NCBI GenBank assembly: GCA_023259135.1
Contig: JAHFQX010000011.1
Location: 54-64,053, forward strand
Direction: 5' to 3'
Source of the DNA: Betaproteobacteria bacterium
Lineage (GTDB): Bacteria > Pseudomonadota > Gammaproteobacteria > Burkholderiales > JAHFQX01
DNA: 64,000 nt
Made by a program: the position numbers and the translations under genes. Position 1 is the first letter of the stretch; each line of letters begins with the position of its first letter. The notes under the pieces are model-generated. The model was given only the letters and a program-made list of their open reading frames with translations, had not been told where the DNA came from and did no database searches. Below, in pieces: positions 12,311 to 22,818 of this stretch.

Positions 12311-12601
12311 TCAGGAATCGGCCGGCTGGAAAATGAGGTCGGTCACCCCGTAGAGCTGGGCAAGACTGGTTAAATTGGTGGGTAGATTGATAAAGCGCAG
12401 CGGTTGACCCTTGTCGAGGCCGGCCCGTGCCCATTCGAGCAACAGGCTGACCGCGGAGGAATCCACCTCGGTCACCTGGGAGAGGTCCACCTCGGTGACG
12501 CCGTTTTGCGCCAGCTTGAGGCCCGCTTCCCGCAAGGCGGCGACGTTGGCCAGGGTCACGCTACCGCTGACCACCATGCGGTTGCCCGCTGCTTGGATCA
12601 T
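12311..12601 (-). CDS. mlaB: STAS-domain protein MlaB
   Basis: 96 aa from the internal ATG with an anti-sigma-antagonist-like fold (VDLSQVTEVDSSAVSLLLEW). ATGA overlap with the mlaC stop; last gene of the mlaFEDCB order. Confidence 0.8.
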   Translation of the reverse strand: MIQAAGNRMVVSGSVTLANVAALREAGLKLAQNGVTEVDLSQVTEVDSSAVSLLLEWARAGLDKGQPLRFINLPTNLTSLAQLYGVTDLIFQPADS

Positions 12602-13236
12602 GGCTTGATGCCGGGAGCCGGCGGCGGAGCGCCCCGGTTCTTCTCGGCCAAGGTTTGGATCAGCCCGTCGATGCCGGATTTCTGGATTTCGGTGGTGAAG
12701 GTGCCGCGGTAGTTGGTGACCAGGCTGACCCCTTCGATGACCACATCGTAGACCTTCCACCCGGCCGGGGTTTTTTGCATGCTGTAGTCCACCGCGAGGG
12801 GCTGGGCGCCGGGTTGGATGATCTGGGTTTTCACCGTGACGTCGGTGTCTTCCGGGGCCATTTTGAAGGGCTTGAATTCCACCGTCTGGTTTTTATAGGA
12901 ACGGAACGCCGTCGTATAAGTGCGAACCAGCAGCGTGCGGAACTCATTCACCAAACTCTGTTGCTGGGCGGGAGTGGCTTGGCGCCAGTTCTTCCCCACC
13001 GCCAGCCGGGTCATGCGGATGAAGTCGAAGTGAGGCAGCACCTTGGCTTCCACCAGGCTCAGCAGCTTTTTCTGGTTGCCGGACTGTAATTCCTTATCCT
13101 GCCGGATGAGGGTCAGCACCTCCTCGGTGGTGGTTTTGGCGAGCTGGTCCGGAGCGATATCGGCGCCAGCCGCCGCAGCCGTCGCCATGATGGCCGCCAG
13201 CCCAGCGAAAAGGAATTTTGAGAATATCGCTTTCAT
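12598..13236 (-). CDS. mlaC: Phospholipid-binding periplasmic protein MlaC (Ttg2D family)
   Basis: 212 aa with a signal peptide (MKAIFSKFLFAGLAAIMATAAAAGA) and ...VLPHFDFIRMTRLAVGKNWRQATPAQQ... Confidence 0.9.
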   Translation of the reverse strand: MKAIFSKFLFAGLAAIMATAAAAGADIAPDQLAKTTTEEVLTLIRQDKELQSGNQKKLLSLVEAKVLPHFDFIRMTRLAVGKNWRQATPAQQQSLVNEFRTLLVRTYTTAFRSYKNQTVEFKPFKMAPEDTDVTVKTQIIQPGAQPLAVDYSMQKTPAGWKVYDVVIEGVSLVTNYRGTFTTEIQKSGIDGLIQTLAEKNRGAPPPAPGIKP

Positions 13237-13269
13237 GTTGTCCCTGCCATTTCTGATGAATCGTGAATT

Positions 13270-13746
13270 TTATTTGCCGTTGTTGCCGGTCCCGCCTTCG
13301 GCGGCGCGGCTAAGGAATTGGCCGATGAGTTTTTCCAGCACCACCGCCGATTGGGTGAGCTGGATCGCGTCCTGGTCCTTCAGGAGCGCCTCATCGCCGC
13401 CCCCGTCCAGGCCGATGTACTGCTCTCCCAACAACCCGGAGGTGAGCACCGAGGCCGTGGTGTCCTTGGGGAATTGGTAGCGCTTGTCGATCTTCAAGCC
13501 CACCCGGGCCTGGAATCGCTTATTGTCGAATTGAATATCGTCGACCCGCCCCACCACCACGCCGGCGCTTTTGACCGGGGCCCTGATCTTGAGGCCGCCG
13601 ATATTTTCGAAGTCGGCGTAGATCTTGTAACTGTCGGACAAGTTGATGCTGCTGGCGTTCCCCACCTTGAGCCCCAATACCAACAAAGCAACTATACCCG
13701 CGGTGACGAATATCCCGACCCAAAGGTCCATTACGCTGCGTTCCAT
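13270..13746 (-). CDS. mlaD: MCE-domain protein MlaD
   Basis: 158 aa with an N-terminal TM and MCE core YKIYADFENIGGLKIRAPVKSAGVVVGRV. Confidence 0.92.
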   Translation of the reverse strand: MERSVMDLWVGIFVTAGIVALLVLGLKVGNASSINLSDSYKIYADFENIGGLKIRAPVKSAGVVVGRVDDIQFDNKRFQARVGLKIDKRYQFPKDTTASVLTSGLLGEQYIGLDGGGDEALLKDQDAIQLTQSAVVLEKLIGQFLSRAAEGGTGNNGK

Positions 13747-13751
13747 GAGTG

Positions 13752-14546
13752 CTATACCCCTCTAAACATGAAGGCTGTGAGGATGAAATCCAAGGCCAGG
13801 ATCGCCAGGGACGACGTGACCACCGTGCGGGTGGTGGCTCCGGAGACGCCTTCCGCCGTGGGGGGGGCGTCGTAGCCCTCGAACAGGGCGATGGCGGTGA
13901 CCGCCACGCCGAACACGAAGCTCTTGATGACTCCGTTGAGAATATCCTGCTGTAAATCCACCGCCGCCTGCATCTGCGACCAGAACGCTCCCGAGTCCAC
14001 GCCGATCAGCACCACCCCGACCAGGTAGCCGCCGAATACACCGACCGCGCTGAACATCGCCGCCAGCAAGGGCATCGAAATCACGCCTCCCCAGAAACGG
14101 GGGCCCACTACCCGGGCGATGGGATCCACCGCCATCATTTCCATGGCGGAGATTTGCTCGGTGGCTTTCATCAGGCCGATCTCGGCGGTCATGGCCGATC
14201 CGGCGCGGCTCGCGAACAACAGCGCGGCCACCACCGGCCCCAACTCCCGCACCAGGGAAAGCGCCACCAGGGTGCCCAAAGCCTCCGCCGAGCCGTAGCG
14301 CTGCAGGGTTTCGTAGCCTTGCAAGCCCAGCACCATGCCGACGAACAGACCGGACACCACAATGATGATGAGGGACAGCGCCCCGGTGAAATAAACCTCC
14401 CGGATGGTGAGCCTGATGCGGCGGAAACTCAAACTCGATTTCAACAGAGTCAGGGCGAAGAAGCGGCTGGCGTAGCCCAGCCGCCAGACGCCGTTGATGA
14501 CCGGATGGCCTACGCTGCGCAGCCCCCGTTGCAGGCGGTCAAGCAC
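13752..14546 (-). CDS. mlaE: Phospholipid ABC transporter permease MlaE
   Basis: Polytopic permease. GTG at 14544-14546 overlaps the mlaF stop (GTGCTTGA) and gives about 264 aa. The ORF track extends to 14615. Confidence 0.88.
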   Translation of the reverse strand: MLDRLQRGLRSVGHPVINGVWRLGYASRFFALTLLKSSLSFRRIRLTIREVYFTGALSLIIIVVSGLFVGMVLGLQGYETLQRYGSAEALGTLVALSLVRELGPVVAALLFASRAGSAMTAEIGLMKATEQISAMEMMAVDPIARVVGPRFWGGVISMPLLAAMFSAVGVFGGYLVGVVLIGVDSGAFWSQMQAAVDLQQDILNGVIKSFVFGVAVTAIALFEGYDAPPTAEGVSGATTRTVVTSSLAILALDFILTAFMFRGV

Positions 14547-15348
14547 CGGAAGCCTCCGCCAACTCCAGATCGCCGGAATAATCCGCCGCCGGATAATGGA
14601 AGGGCACCGGACCATCCATTTCGCCGTGGACGAATTGATGAACGAAAGGGATTTCAGAGCGCCGCATGGCGTCGGGGGCGCCGTGGGCGACGATCTTGCC
14701 TTCGGAGACGAAGTAGACGTAATCGACGATTTTTAGAGATTCCTGAACGTCGTGGGTGACCACGATGGAAGTCGCTCCCAGGGCATCGTTGAGCCGGCGG
14801 ATCAAATTGCCGATCACCCCCAGGGAAATGGGATCCAGGCCGGCGAAGGGTTCGTCGTACATGATCAGCATGGGGTCCAGAGCGATGGCGCGGGCCAGCG
14901 CCACCCGCCGCGCCATGCCGCCAGAAAGCTCCGAGGGCATCAGGCGATGGGCGCCCCGCAAGCCGACGGCGTGCAGTTTCATCAGCACCAAGTCCCGGAT
15001 CATGGATTCGGGCAGTTCGGTGTGCTCCCGCATCTGGAATGCCACGTTGTCGAACACCGACATATCGGTGAACAGGGCGCCGAACTGAAACAGCATGCCC
15101 ATGCGCCGGCGCATGGCGTAGAGCTCGTCGGCATCCAGCTCGTGCATGATGCGCCCGGCGACCTTGACATGGCCCTGGGAGGGGCGAATCTGCCCCCCGA
15201 TCAAGCGCAGCAGGGTGGTTTTGCCGCAGCCGCTGCCGCCCATGATGGATACCACCTTGCCGCGGGGAATCTCCATGTTGATCCCCGTCAAGATTGGACG
15301 CTTGTCGTAGGCGAAATTGAGCTCTTTGATCTCGACCAGGTTTTCCAT
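14539..15348 (-). CDS. mlaF: Phospholipid ABC transporter ATP-binding protein MlaF
   Basis: 269 aa with Walker A GGSGCGKTT, signature LSGGMARR and Walker B LIMYDEPF. Confidence 0.93.
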   Translation of the reverse strand: MENLVEIKELNFAYDKRPILTGINMEIPRGKVVSIMGGSGCGKTTLLRLIGGQIRPSQGHVKVAGRIMHELDADELYAMRRRMGMLFQFGALFTDMSVFDNVAFQMREHTELPESMIRDLVLMKLHAVGLRGAHRLMPSELSGGMARRVALARAIALDPMLIMYDEPFAGLDPISLGVIGNLIRRLNDALGATSIVVTHDVQESLKIVDYVYFVSEGKIVAHGAPDAMRRSEIPFVHQFVHGEMDGPVPFHYPAADYSGDLELAEASGA

Positions 15349-15462
15349 GGGGGCCCCGGGAGGGGTACCAAATAAACCGAAGGCGTGAATTCTAAACCAG
15401 CCGCGTTGCCGAAGCTAGGGAAAAGGCCGCCCCAAGCCGGTTTCCGGAGGTTTATTCCCCTG

Positions 15463-16077
15463 TTATCCCGAGGGGGATGCTCCCCAGCGGGGCATCAGCC
15501 GATGGGGGACATCCAATTGATCCAAGATACGGGCCACCACGAAATCCACCAGATCCGCCAGGGTTTGGGGGTGGTGGTAAAAGCCGGGATTGGGGGGCAG
15601 GATGACGGCGCCGGCCCGGGCCAGCCGCAGCATGTTTTGCAGATGAATGATCGAGAAAGGGGTTTCCCGGGGCACCAGGACGAGCTTGCGGCCCTCTTTC
15701 AGCAGCACGTCGGCGGCCCGTTCGATGAGATTGTCCGAGAGTCCCGCCGCCACCGCCGCCAAGGTGCCCATGGTGCAAGGGCAAATCACCATGGCGTCGG
15801 GGGGATTGGAGCCGGAGGCCACCGGGGCGAACCATTCTTCACGCCCCAACACCTGCAGCCGGCCTTGCGGGGTGCCCAGGGTTTCCCGCAGCAGGCGCTC
15901 CGCGTCCTTGCCGCGGGACGGCAGCGTCAGTCCGGCCTCTTGCTTAGCCACCACTTGGGCGACCTGGGAATAGAGCAAATAGACGTGCAGGTCGGCTTGC
16001 AGCAGGCACTCCAGCAGCCGCAGACCGTAGGGAATGCCGGAAGCCCCGGTCCAGGCGAGGGCGACGGTGCGGGTCAT
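15463..16077 (-). CDS. ubiX: Flavin prenyltransferase UbiX
   Basis: 204 aa: [21 protein letters not shown]...[39 protein letters not shown]. Confidence 0.9.
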   Translation of the reverse strand: MTRTVALAWTGASGIPYGLRLLECLLQADLHVYLLYSQVAQVVAKQEAGLTLPSRGKDAERLLRETLGTPQGRLQVLGREEWFAPVASGSNPPDAMVICPCTMGTLAAVAAGLSDNLIERAADVLLKEGRKLVLVPRETPFSIIHLQNMLRLARAGAVILPPNPGFYHHPQTLADLVDFVVARILDQLDVPHRLMPRWGASPSG

Positions 16078-16562
16078 CGGAGGCGGGGCTGGATTTGGGG
16101 AGTGTCGGAAAATGCCGCGGTCCGTGGCGCCGGAGTTTCAGTGCGCCGCTCCGCATCCGGCTGTTCCGCCGCCATGGGGCAGAGCGCCTTGGCAACGGCA
16201 TCGCCCACGGAGCCGGGGTCGAGGGGGACGGGTTCCGGATGGGGGGTGCTCTCTTGCCGGGCCCGTAGGCCGCTGTCGGTGTAGAGCAGGTAACCCAGAG
16301 TTTTCAGGGTACGGGCCCGACAGTCGAGCCGCTCCCGGAATAAGCCAGTGCTTACGGGAGTCGTGGCTATTTTTTGGGACGGGCGGAACGACACCTTGCG
16401 CCAGTAAGTGATTTCCTCGTCTTGGATGAGGAGGGTTCTGCGGTCGAAATACTGGCGATCTTCCCCCGGCGCGTCGGCTACCGGGATCCATTCAGCGGCT
16501 CCGGCGGTCTTTGTTAGGCCCAGGCAGAGCAGGGCAATCATCCCCGTCCGGCGCTTTTTCAT
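16074..16562 (-). CDS. Secreted hypothetical protein (possibly surface-adhesin-E-like fold)
   Basis: The internal ATG gives 162 aa with a Sec signal ([25 protein letters not shown]). ATGA overlaps with the rapZ stop (16559-16562) and the ubiX start (16074-16077). Confidence 0.6.
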   Translation of the reverse strand: MKKRRTGMIALLCLGLTKTAGAAEWIPVADAPGEDRQYFDRRTLLIQDEEITYWRKVSFRPSQKIATTPVSTGLFRERLDCRARTLKTLGYLLYTDSGLRARQESTPHPEPVPLDPGSVGDAVAKALCPMAAEQPDAERRTETPAPRTAAFSDTPQIQPRLR

Positions 16563-17395
16563 GGCAGCTCCCGATGGCGGACCAGCACCTGATAATGCCC
16601 CGCAAAGTGGCGGGCCAGGGCTTCGACGAAATACACCGAACGGTGCTGGCCGCCGGTGCATCCCACGGCAACGGTGATATAGCTGCGGTTGTCCCGCAGG
16701 TAGCAAGGCAGCCAGTTTTCCAGGAAACCCCGGACATCGCCCAGCAGGCCGAGGACTTGGGGCGTGGCCTCCAGAAAGGCCGCCACGGCGGGATCCTTGC
16801 CGGTCAGCGGCCGCAGCAGCGGGTCGTAATGGGGATTGGGCAGGCAACGGACGTCGAACACCAAGTCCGCATCCAAGGGGATGCCGTGCTTGAAGCCGAA
16901 GGATTCGAGCAGCACGGTGGTGCGCGACGGGTCCAGTCCGGCGAAATCCTTCACCCAGGCCCGCAGGGCATTGGGGCTCAAGTCGCTGGTATCGATCCGG
17001 TGGGCCAGATCCGCCACGTCGGCCAGCAATTCCCGCTCCCGCTGGATGCATTCCGGCAGGGTCGAGTGCTCGTCGCTCAAGGGGTGTCGGCGCCGAGTTT
17101 CGGAAAAGCGCTTGACCAGGGTGTCGGTTTTGGCTTCCAGAAACAGGACGGTGAGATCGGCGCCCTGACGACGCAGCTCGGCGATGGGCTGGGACAGGGC
17201 CAAGGGATTGCGGTCGCTGCGAGCGTCGATGCCGATGGCGACGTGGGGATACCCTTGGCTGTTGAGATAATCCGCGGCCGCGTGCAGAAACCGGCCGGGC
17301 AGGTTGTCGATGCAGTAATAGCCGGCGTCTTCCAGGACATTCAGGGCGACCGATTTTCCCGATCCCGACAACCCGCTGATCAGCACCAGGCGCAT
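16559..17395 (-). CDS. rapZ: RNase adapter protein RapZ (YhbJ)
   Basis: 278 aa: [33 protein letters not shown]...[10 protein letters not shown]. Confidence 0.94.
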   Translation of the reverse strand: MRLVLISGLSGSGKSVALNVLEDAGYYCIDNLPGRFLHAAADYLNSQGYPHVAIGIDARSDRNPLALSQPIAELRRQGADLTVLFLEAKTDTLVKRFSETRRRHPLSDEHSTLPECIQRERELLADVADLAHRIDTSDLSPNALRAWVKDFAGLDPSRTTVLLESFGFKHGIPLDADLVFDVRCLPNPHYDPLLRPLTGKDPAVAAFLEATPQVLGLLGDVRGFLENWLPCYLRDNRSYITVAVGCTGGQHRSVYFVEALARHFAGHYQVLVRHRELP

Positions 17396-17404
17396 GATGG
17401 GGTG

Positions 17405-18364
17405 TCAGTCGCTTCCGGAATCCAGTTCGGCCTGGCGTAGATACTCTTGCTGCCGGGCCACGAATTCCCGGGTACTGTCGATGCCGCGCAGTTGCAACAC
17501 GAAGTTGCGCACCGCCGCTTCCGAAAGCACGGCCAGGTTGCGCCCCGCCGCCACCGGCAACAATACCGTATTGACCTTGACGCCGAGGATTTCCTCGTAG
17601 CTAGCCTCCAGCGGCAGCCGTTCCAGGCCGGGGACCTGTCCCCCCACCGGTTTTTCCAGGCGGATGATGAGCTTCAGGTTCATTTTTTTTCGTACCGCGG
17701 TTTCCCCGAAGATGGTGCGGATATTGAGCATGCCCAATCCCCGCACTTCCAGAAAATCCCGCAGCGGCGCTGGGCAACGGGCCTCCAGCACCCGAGGGGC
17801 GGTGTGATACAGTTCCACCACGTCGTCGGCCACCAAGCCGCTGCCGCGACTGATGAGCTCCAGGGCCAGCTCGCTTTTCCCCACTCCGCTGTCGCCGGTG
17901 ATCAGCACCCCGACTCCCAGGGTGTCCAGCATCACCCCGTGACGGGTGACGGATTCGGCCAGCACCTGGGCCAGATAGTTACGCAACGCCCACATCATGC
18001 GGGCGCTGGGCTGGCGGGAGGACAAGACCGGAATGCTGGCTTGCCGGGCCAGCTCCAGCAATGGCGCTGGCGCCGCCTCGGAGCCCGCCATGATCAAGCA
18101 GCACAGTCCTTGCCGCAGCAGTTCGCGGAAGGCGGTTTCCCGAGCCGCCGGATCCAAGCCAACAAAATAAGCGGTTTCGATGTCGGTCAGAATCTGGATC
18201 CAATTGGGATGGACGAAATTCAGGTGGCCGACCAAGCCCTGGGAGGAGCGGCCCACCTGGGCGGCGTCCAGCACGGCGTGTTCGCCGGGCTCACCGCAGA
18301 CCCAAGAGAGTTCCAGCTTGTCCCGGTTGGTTTCGTACAACTGGGCGACCGACACGGAAGGCAT
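17405..18364 (-). CDS. hprK: HPr kinase/phosphorylase
   Basis: 319 aa with P-loop GDSGVGKSE and ...LEVRGLGMLNI... Confidence 0.92.
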   Translation of the reverse strand: MPSVSVAQLYETNRDKLELSWVCGEPGEHAVLDAAQVGRSSQGLVGHLNFVHPNWIQILTDIETAYFVGLDPAARETAFRELLRQGLCCLIMAGSEAAPAPLLELARQASIPVLSSRQPSARMMWALRNYLAQVLAESVTRHGVMLDTLGVGVLITGDSGVGKSELALELISRGSGLVADDVVELYHTAPRVLEARCPAPLRDFLEVRGLGMLNIRTIFGETAVRKKMNLKLIIRLEKPVGGQVPGLERLPLEASYEEILGVKVNTVLLPVAAGRNLAVLSEAAVRNFVLQLRGIDSTREFVARQQEYLRQAELDSGSD

Positions 18365-18388
18365 GAAGGGCTCCTGACGGTTGAGGGC

Positions 18389-18709
18389 TTATTGGGCTTC
18401 AGGGGGCAGGCTAGGCGCGAAGCGGCCGGCCCCGTTTTTCCCTTTATGCTTCAGCACCTGCCGGTCCAGCTTGTCGGCCAGCAGGTCGATGGCGGCGTAC
18501 ATGTCCTCGTGCTCGCTTTCCGCAAACAGATTCTTGCCCCGCACGTGCAGCGTGGCCTCGGCTTTGCGGGATAGTTTTTCCACCGCCAACACGACGTTGG
18601 CATCAATGACGTGGTCAAAATGCCGGGCGATCCGGGCCAATTTGGCCACGACATAGTCCTTGATGGCGGGGGTAATTTCCAGGTGACGGCCGCTGAGTTG
18701 CAGGTTCAT
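18389..18709 (-). CDS. hpf: Ribosome hibernation promoting factor (sigma-54 modulation protein)
   Basis: 106 aa: MNLQLSGRHLEITPAIKDYV..KL.....FD.V....VVL. Lies immediately downstream of rpoN. Confidence 0.92.
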   Translation of the reverse strand: MNLQLSGRHLEITPAIKDYVVAKLARIARHFDHVIDANVVLAVEKLSRKAEATLHVRGKNLFAESEHEDMYAAIDLLADKLDRQVLKHKGKNGAGRFAPSLPPEAQ

Positions 18710-18734
18710 AGGTTTCCTTTTTCGGGTCGATCGG

Positions 18735-20177
18735 TTAAAGAGTCTTGCGTAGATGGGTCGGGAGAACGTTCAGGGATTCCCGATACTTGGCCACCGTGCG
18801 CCGCGCCACCACGATACCCTGCTGGCCGAGAATTTCGGCGATCTGGCTGTCGCTCAAGGGCTTCTTGGTGTCCTCGGCGGCCACCAGCTTGCGGATCAGG
18901 GCGCGTATCGCGGTGGCCGAGCAGGCGCCGCCGGTGTCGGTGCCGACATGGCTGCCGAAGAAATACTTGAGCTCGAAAATTCCCCGGGGGGTGAGCATGA
19001 ATTTTTGGGTGGTGACCCGGGAGATGGTGGATTCGTGCAAATCCAGGGCTTCGGCGATTTCCCGCAGCACCAGCGGCCGCATGGCTACTTCGCCGTGTTC
19101 GAAGAAGCGGCGCTGCCGGTCGACGATGGCCTGGGAAACCCGCAGAATGGTATCGAAGCGTTGCTGCACGTTCTTGATGAGCCACTTGGCTTCCTGCAGT
19201 TGCCCCGCCAATTGCGAGGAGCGGCTGCTCCGGTTGCGTTGCAGGATTTCGGCATACAGCCGGTTGATGCGCAGCCGCGGGATGGCTTCGGAGTTCAGCG
19301 CAGCGACCCACAGGCCTTTTACTTTTTTGACCGCCACATCCGGCATCACGTAGCGGGTTTCCTGATTGGAAAAATCCGCCGCCGGCCGGGGATTGAGACC
19401 GGTGATCAGCCGCTGTATTGCCCGCAGCGCGTCGTCGTCGCAGTGGAAGAGCTTTTTCAGCTTGGGAAATTCCCGTCCCGCCAGCAATTGCAAGTGGTGA
19501 CGCACGACCTCCAGGGCCTCCCGGCGGTAAGGCGTGGATTCGGGCAGGGCCTCCAGTTGCAAGGCCAGGCACTCGGACAAATCGCGGGCCCCGATGCCTC
19601 GGGGTTCCAGGTTTTGTAGCTGCCTCAGGGCAACGCACAGATCGTCGGGAGCCACTTCCAGCTCGGCGGGGAGCATGGCGGCCAGCTCGTCCAAATCCTG
19701 GGTGAGGTAACCCCGCTCGTCCAGGGTGTCGATCAATAGGGCGACGATCCGTTTATCCCGTTCCGGCAAAACGGTGAGCCCCAATTGCGAGTGCAGGTGT
19801 TCCCGCAGCGTCGGGCCGGGACAGGCCAGTTGGGGGTAGTTGCCTTCTTCGTGGGGGCTCCCGCCGCTCCGGGAAAAAGGGTCGATTCCCCAATCGGATT
19901 CCCCGGAATCGGCCTCGGCTTCCGTTTCTGCTTCGGAGCGGGCGGGAGCATCGGCCGATGGGGCGGATTCTTGCGGTTGAGCGGGGCCATATTCCGGCAT
20001 CGGCGGAATCCTGTCCCCGCCGGGTTCGATCCGCTCCAGCAAGGGATTTTCCCGGAGGGTCTGCTCCAACTCCTGCTGCAGTTCCAGGGTGGACAGTTGC
20101 AGCAGCCGGATGGACTGCTGCAACTGGGGGGTCAGGGTAAGGTGCTGGGAAAGCCTGAGCTGTAGAGAGTGTTTCAT
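18735..20177 (-). CDS. rpoN: RNA polymerase sigma-54 factor RpoN
   Basis: 480 aa with N-terminal LQLRLSQHLTLTPQLQQSIRLLQLS and the C-terminal RpoN box ARRTVAKYRE. Confidence 0.97.
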   Translation of the reverse strand: MKHSLQLRLSQHLTLTPQLQQSIRLLQLSTLELQQELEQTLRENPLLERIEPGGDRIPPMPEYGPAQPQESAPSADAPARSEAETEAEADSGESDWGIDPFSRSGGSPHEEGNYPQLACPGPTLREHLHSQLGLTVLPERDKRIVALLIDTLDERGYLTQDLDELAAMLPAELEVAPDDLCVALRQLQNLEPRGIGARDLSECLALQLEALPESTPYRREALEVVRHHLQLLAGREFPKLKKLFHCDDDALRAIQRLITGLNPRPAADFSNQETRYVMPDVAVKKVKGLWVAALNSEAIPRLRINRLYAEILQRNRSSRSSQLAGQLQEAKWLIKNVQQRFDTILRVSQAIVDRQRRFFEHGEVAMRPLVLREIAEALDLHESTISRVTTQKFMLTPRGIFELKYFFGSHVGTDTGGACSATAIRALIRKLVAAEDTKKPLSDSQIAEILGQQGIVVARRTVAKYRESLNVLPTHLRKTL

Positions 20178-20263
20178 GGCCGAGGCTCTAAATTGTCGGG
20201 CAATGCTCCGGAATGGCGTCCCGGCGCAAGGTCCAACCGGGGAAAATCCCTGTGCGGTGCCCG

Positions 20264-20986
20264 CTACAATCGAAAATGTTCTCCTAAATAGACTTTTCTC
20301 ACGCTGTCATTGTAGACGATTTCATCGGGAGTGCCGCAGGCTAGCACGCTGCCCTCGTTGATGATGTAGGCCCGGTCGCAGATGCCCAGGGTTTCCCGGA
20401 CATTGTGGTCGGTGATCAGCACGCCGATGCCCCGGTCCTTGAGAAAGCGGACGATCTGCTGGATGTCCAGCACCGCGATGGGGTCTACTCCGGCAAACGG
20501 CTCGTCCAGCAGAATAAAGCGCGGCTGAGTGGCCAGCGCCCGGGCGATTTCCACCCGGCGGCGTTCCCCTCCGGACAGGCTGACGGCGGGATGGGCCCGC
20601 AGATGGGTGATATGCAGATCCCGCAGCAGATCCTCCAGGCGGGATTCCACTTCCTCGTCCGACAGCGGCTGCAATTCCAGCACCGCCCGGATGTTTTCCG
20701 AGACGGTCAGGCGCCGGAACACCGAAGGTTCCTGGGGCAGATAGCTCAAGCCCAGGCGAGCCCGGCGGTGGATGGGCAGGTGGGTGACGTTTTTGCCGTC
20801 CAGCGTCAAGCGGCCCCCGTCCACCGGGACCAAGCCTACCATCATGTAAAAACAGGTCGTTTTACCCGCGCCGTTGGGCCCCAGCAGCCCGACCACTTCT
20901 CCGCTGGCGACTTCCAAGGAAACATCCTTGACGACCGACCGGAATTTGTAGCGTTTCTTCAAATCCGCCGCCTGCAATCGGCTCAT
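20264..20986 (-). CDS. lptB: LPS export ABC transporter ATP-binding protein LptB
   Basis: ATG at 20984-20986 gives 240 aa: [19 protein letters not shown], Walker [18 protein letters not shown]. The longer ORF to 21043 starts with GTG. Confidence 0.93.
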   Translation of the reverse strand: MSRLQAADLKKRYKFRSVVKDVSLEVASGEVVGLLGPNGAGKTTCFYMMVGLVPVDGGRLTLDGKNVTHLPIHRRARLGLSYLPQEPSVFRRLTVSENIRAVLELQPLSDEEVESRLEDLLRDLHITHLRAHPAVSLSGGERRRVEIARALATQPRFILLDEPFAGVDPIAVLDIQQIVRFLKDRGIGVLITDHNVRETLGICDRAYIINEGSVLACGTPDEIVYNDSVRKVYLGEHFRL

Positions 20987-21035
20987 GGGCGCCAGCCCGG
21001 AAACGCCGCTGGCGAGGCCGCCGGGCTGTTGGGGG

Positions 21036-21626
21036 CTATTCACGGGACGGGGCGATGTTTTCGGCGGGTTTCAGGGAGATCGGCGGCGCGGCGGGAGGCG
21101 GGGTCTTGGGCTTGGGTTGAATGATGGCCCGAACCCGTCCTTGGGGATTATCCGGGCTGGCGCTTTCCTTGCCCCCGGCCACCCGGAAAAACTCGGTGGC
21201 GGCATCATAGGTGATCTGGTTGCCGCGAATCTCGTCCTGGCCCCGCTTTAGGTAAGCCTGCTCGAAAAACTGGACCTTTTCCGTGCGGGCGTCATATTCC
21301 ATCCGGTTGCCGTAGCCCTCGACGTATTCGTCCAGTCCCTCCCGTTTTTGCCGGAAGCTGGCGGGGGCGCCATGGACGGTGCCTTGATATTGGCCCTGGG
21401 CGTCTTGCCTGACGACGATGCGGTTGCCCCGGATGAGGAGGGTGCCTTGGATGAAGCTGACATTGCCCTCGAAGGTGGTGATTTGCTTGGCGTCGTCCAC
21501 CGTGACCCGATCGGCTTCCAATTGAATGGGCTTGTCGCGGTCGGCCTTCTCCGCCAAGGCCGGGGAGCAGAGGGGGAACAGCAGCAGGGCAAGCGCCAGC
21601 CCTTTCCAGAAACGGGCGAGGGGCAA
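21036..21626 (-). CDS. lptA: LPS transport periplasmic protein LptA
   Basis: OstA-like: [45 protein letters not shown] at 21624-21626, 8 nt after the lptC stop, gives signal peptide (M)[24 protein letters not shown]. An upstream ATG at 21701 is the alternative. Confidence 0.85.
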   Translation of the reverse strand: MPLARFWKGLALALLLFPLCSPALAEKADRDKPIQLEADRVTVDDAKQITTFEGNVSFIQGTLLIRGNRIVVRQDAQGQYQGTVHGAPASFRQKREGLDEYVEGYGNRMEYDARTEKVQFFEQAYLKRGQDEIRGNQITYDAATEFFRVAGGKESASPDNPQGRVRAIIQPKPKTPPPAAPPISLKPAENIAPSRE

Positions 21627-21633
21627 GGCTGCT

Positions 21634-22212
21634 TCAGCGGCGCGGACGGGGAGGATAAAGTCCCTTGACTTGAGAATGCAGCGTAAGGAGTTGGGTTGCA
21701 TGGTTGAATTCTAAGCCAACCGCGGTGATGGTGCTATCGCCTCGGATGATCGTCACGGGGCGATCGGTTTGGGCGATGCCTGGGTCCGGGGTCACTTGCA
21801 AGGCGCTGGTTTCCAATAACAGAAAGGGACGTTTCCCGACGGGAGGCTGGGTTAACCGGACATTGCCGGTGAAAAAAACCTGCTTGCCGTCGGCCAAGCT
21901 CCGGGCCTGCTCGGAGCGAATGTCGAAGGAGGCCCCGCCATTGCTCAATTGAGCGAAATGGGGCATATCTAGATGAGTGGTGTCGTCATCGGGGTAATGC
22001 ATCATGCGGGCCGCCTGCAAGGTGTAGCGAGGAGTGCCGTCGGCTCCCAGGCGGGTGGCGTGGAAATTTTCCACGATGAAATCCGGATCGTGCCGGGCGC
22101 TGCCATCTTTGGGAGGGGGCGGGGGCTGGACTTTTCGGTCCAGCCAGAAAGTCAGCAGCGCCAGCAGGACCAGCAAGGCCAGCGGGAACGCGGCGGTGAG
22201 GCGGGGCTTCAC
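21634..22212 (-). CDS. lptC: LPS export protein LptC
   Basis: N-terminal TM anchor followed by PDFIVENFHATRL...G...Y.L.A..M.HY. GTG at 22210-22212 overlaps the kdsC stop (GTGA). The ORF track starts at a TTG at 22221. Confidence 0.85.
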   Translation of the reverse strand: MKPRLTAAFPLALLVLLALLTFWLDRKVQPPPPPKDGSARHDPDFIVENFHATRLGADGTPRYTLQAARMMHYPDDDTTHLDMPHFAQLSNGGASFDIRSEQARSLADGKQVFFTGNVRLTQPPVGKRPFLLLETSALQVTPDPGIAQTDRPVTIIRGDSTITAVGLEFNHATQLLTLHSQVKGLYPPRPRR

Positions 22213-22778
22213 CTCAGGCAACGGTCGAGCTGGGGTTGCAGCGCGCCCTGGGCCCGCAGCATGAGCTCGCAGGCTTCCCGGACCGCGCCGGCTCCCCCCG
22301 AACGATGGGTGACATAGTGGGCGTGGCGTTTCACCCAGGGGGGGGCTTCGGGGACCGATAAAGCCAGGCCGCAGCGACGCATCACCGGCAAATCCACCAC
22401 TTCATCCCCCATGAAGGCGGCGGCGTTCTCCTCCAGGCCCAGCTCGGCCAAGAGTTGTTCATAGCAGGCCAGCTTGTCTTCTATTCCTTGATACACCAGT
22501 TGGATGCCCAATTCGGCGGCTCGCCGATCCACGCAAGGCGAATCGCGGCCGCTGAGCAGGGCGAGATCGATGCCGGCCTGCCGCAGCATTTTCAAGCCGT
22601 GGCCGTCGTGGCTGTGGAAGACCTTGAAGACTTCGCCAGCCGGCCCGTAATACAGCCGGCCGTCGGTCAGCACTCCGTCCACGTCGAAAATCGCCAGACG
22701 AATGTGCCGGGCTTTGTTCAATACATCTTGCATCTGGGAATCCCCGGTGGCCGATTTTAGTGGCCCTTCAGTGGCCAT
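22209..22778 (-). CDS. kdsC: KDO 8-phosphate phosphatase KdsC
   Basis: HAD motif RLAIFDVDGVLTDGRLYY. Alternative ATG at 22733 (174 aa). Confidence 0.9.
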   Translation of the reverse strand: MATEGPLKSATGDSQMQDVLNKARHIRLAIFDVDGVLTDGRLYYGPAGEVFKVFHSHDGHGLKMLRQAGIDLALLSGRDSPCVDRRAAELGIQLVYQGIEDKLACYEQLLAELGLEENAAAFMGDEVVDLPVMRRCGLALSVPEAPPWVKRHAHYVTHRSGGAGAVREACELMLRAQGALQPQLDRCLR

Positions 22779-22818
22779 TGTTTTTGGGCTACTGGTGGCC
22801 GATTTTGTTTCTGGGTCA

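Noticed and set aside
16074-17051. 325-aa ORF extending the secreted protein upstream
   Set aside because: The extension is an alternative frame through rapZ. The ATG at 16560-16562, on an ATGA overlap, gives a proper signal peptide.
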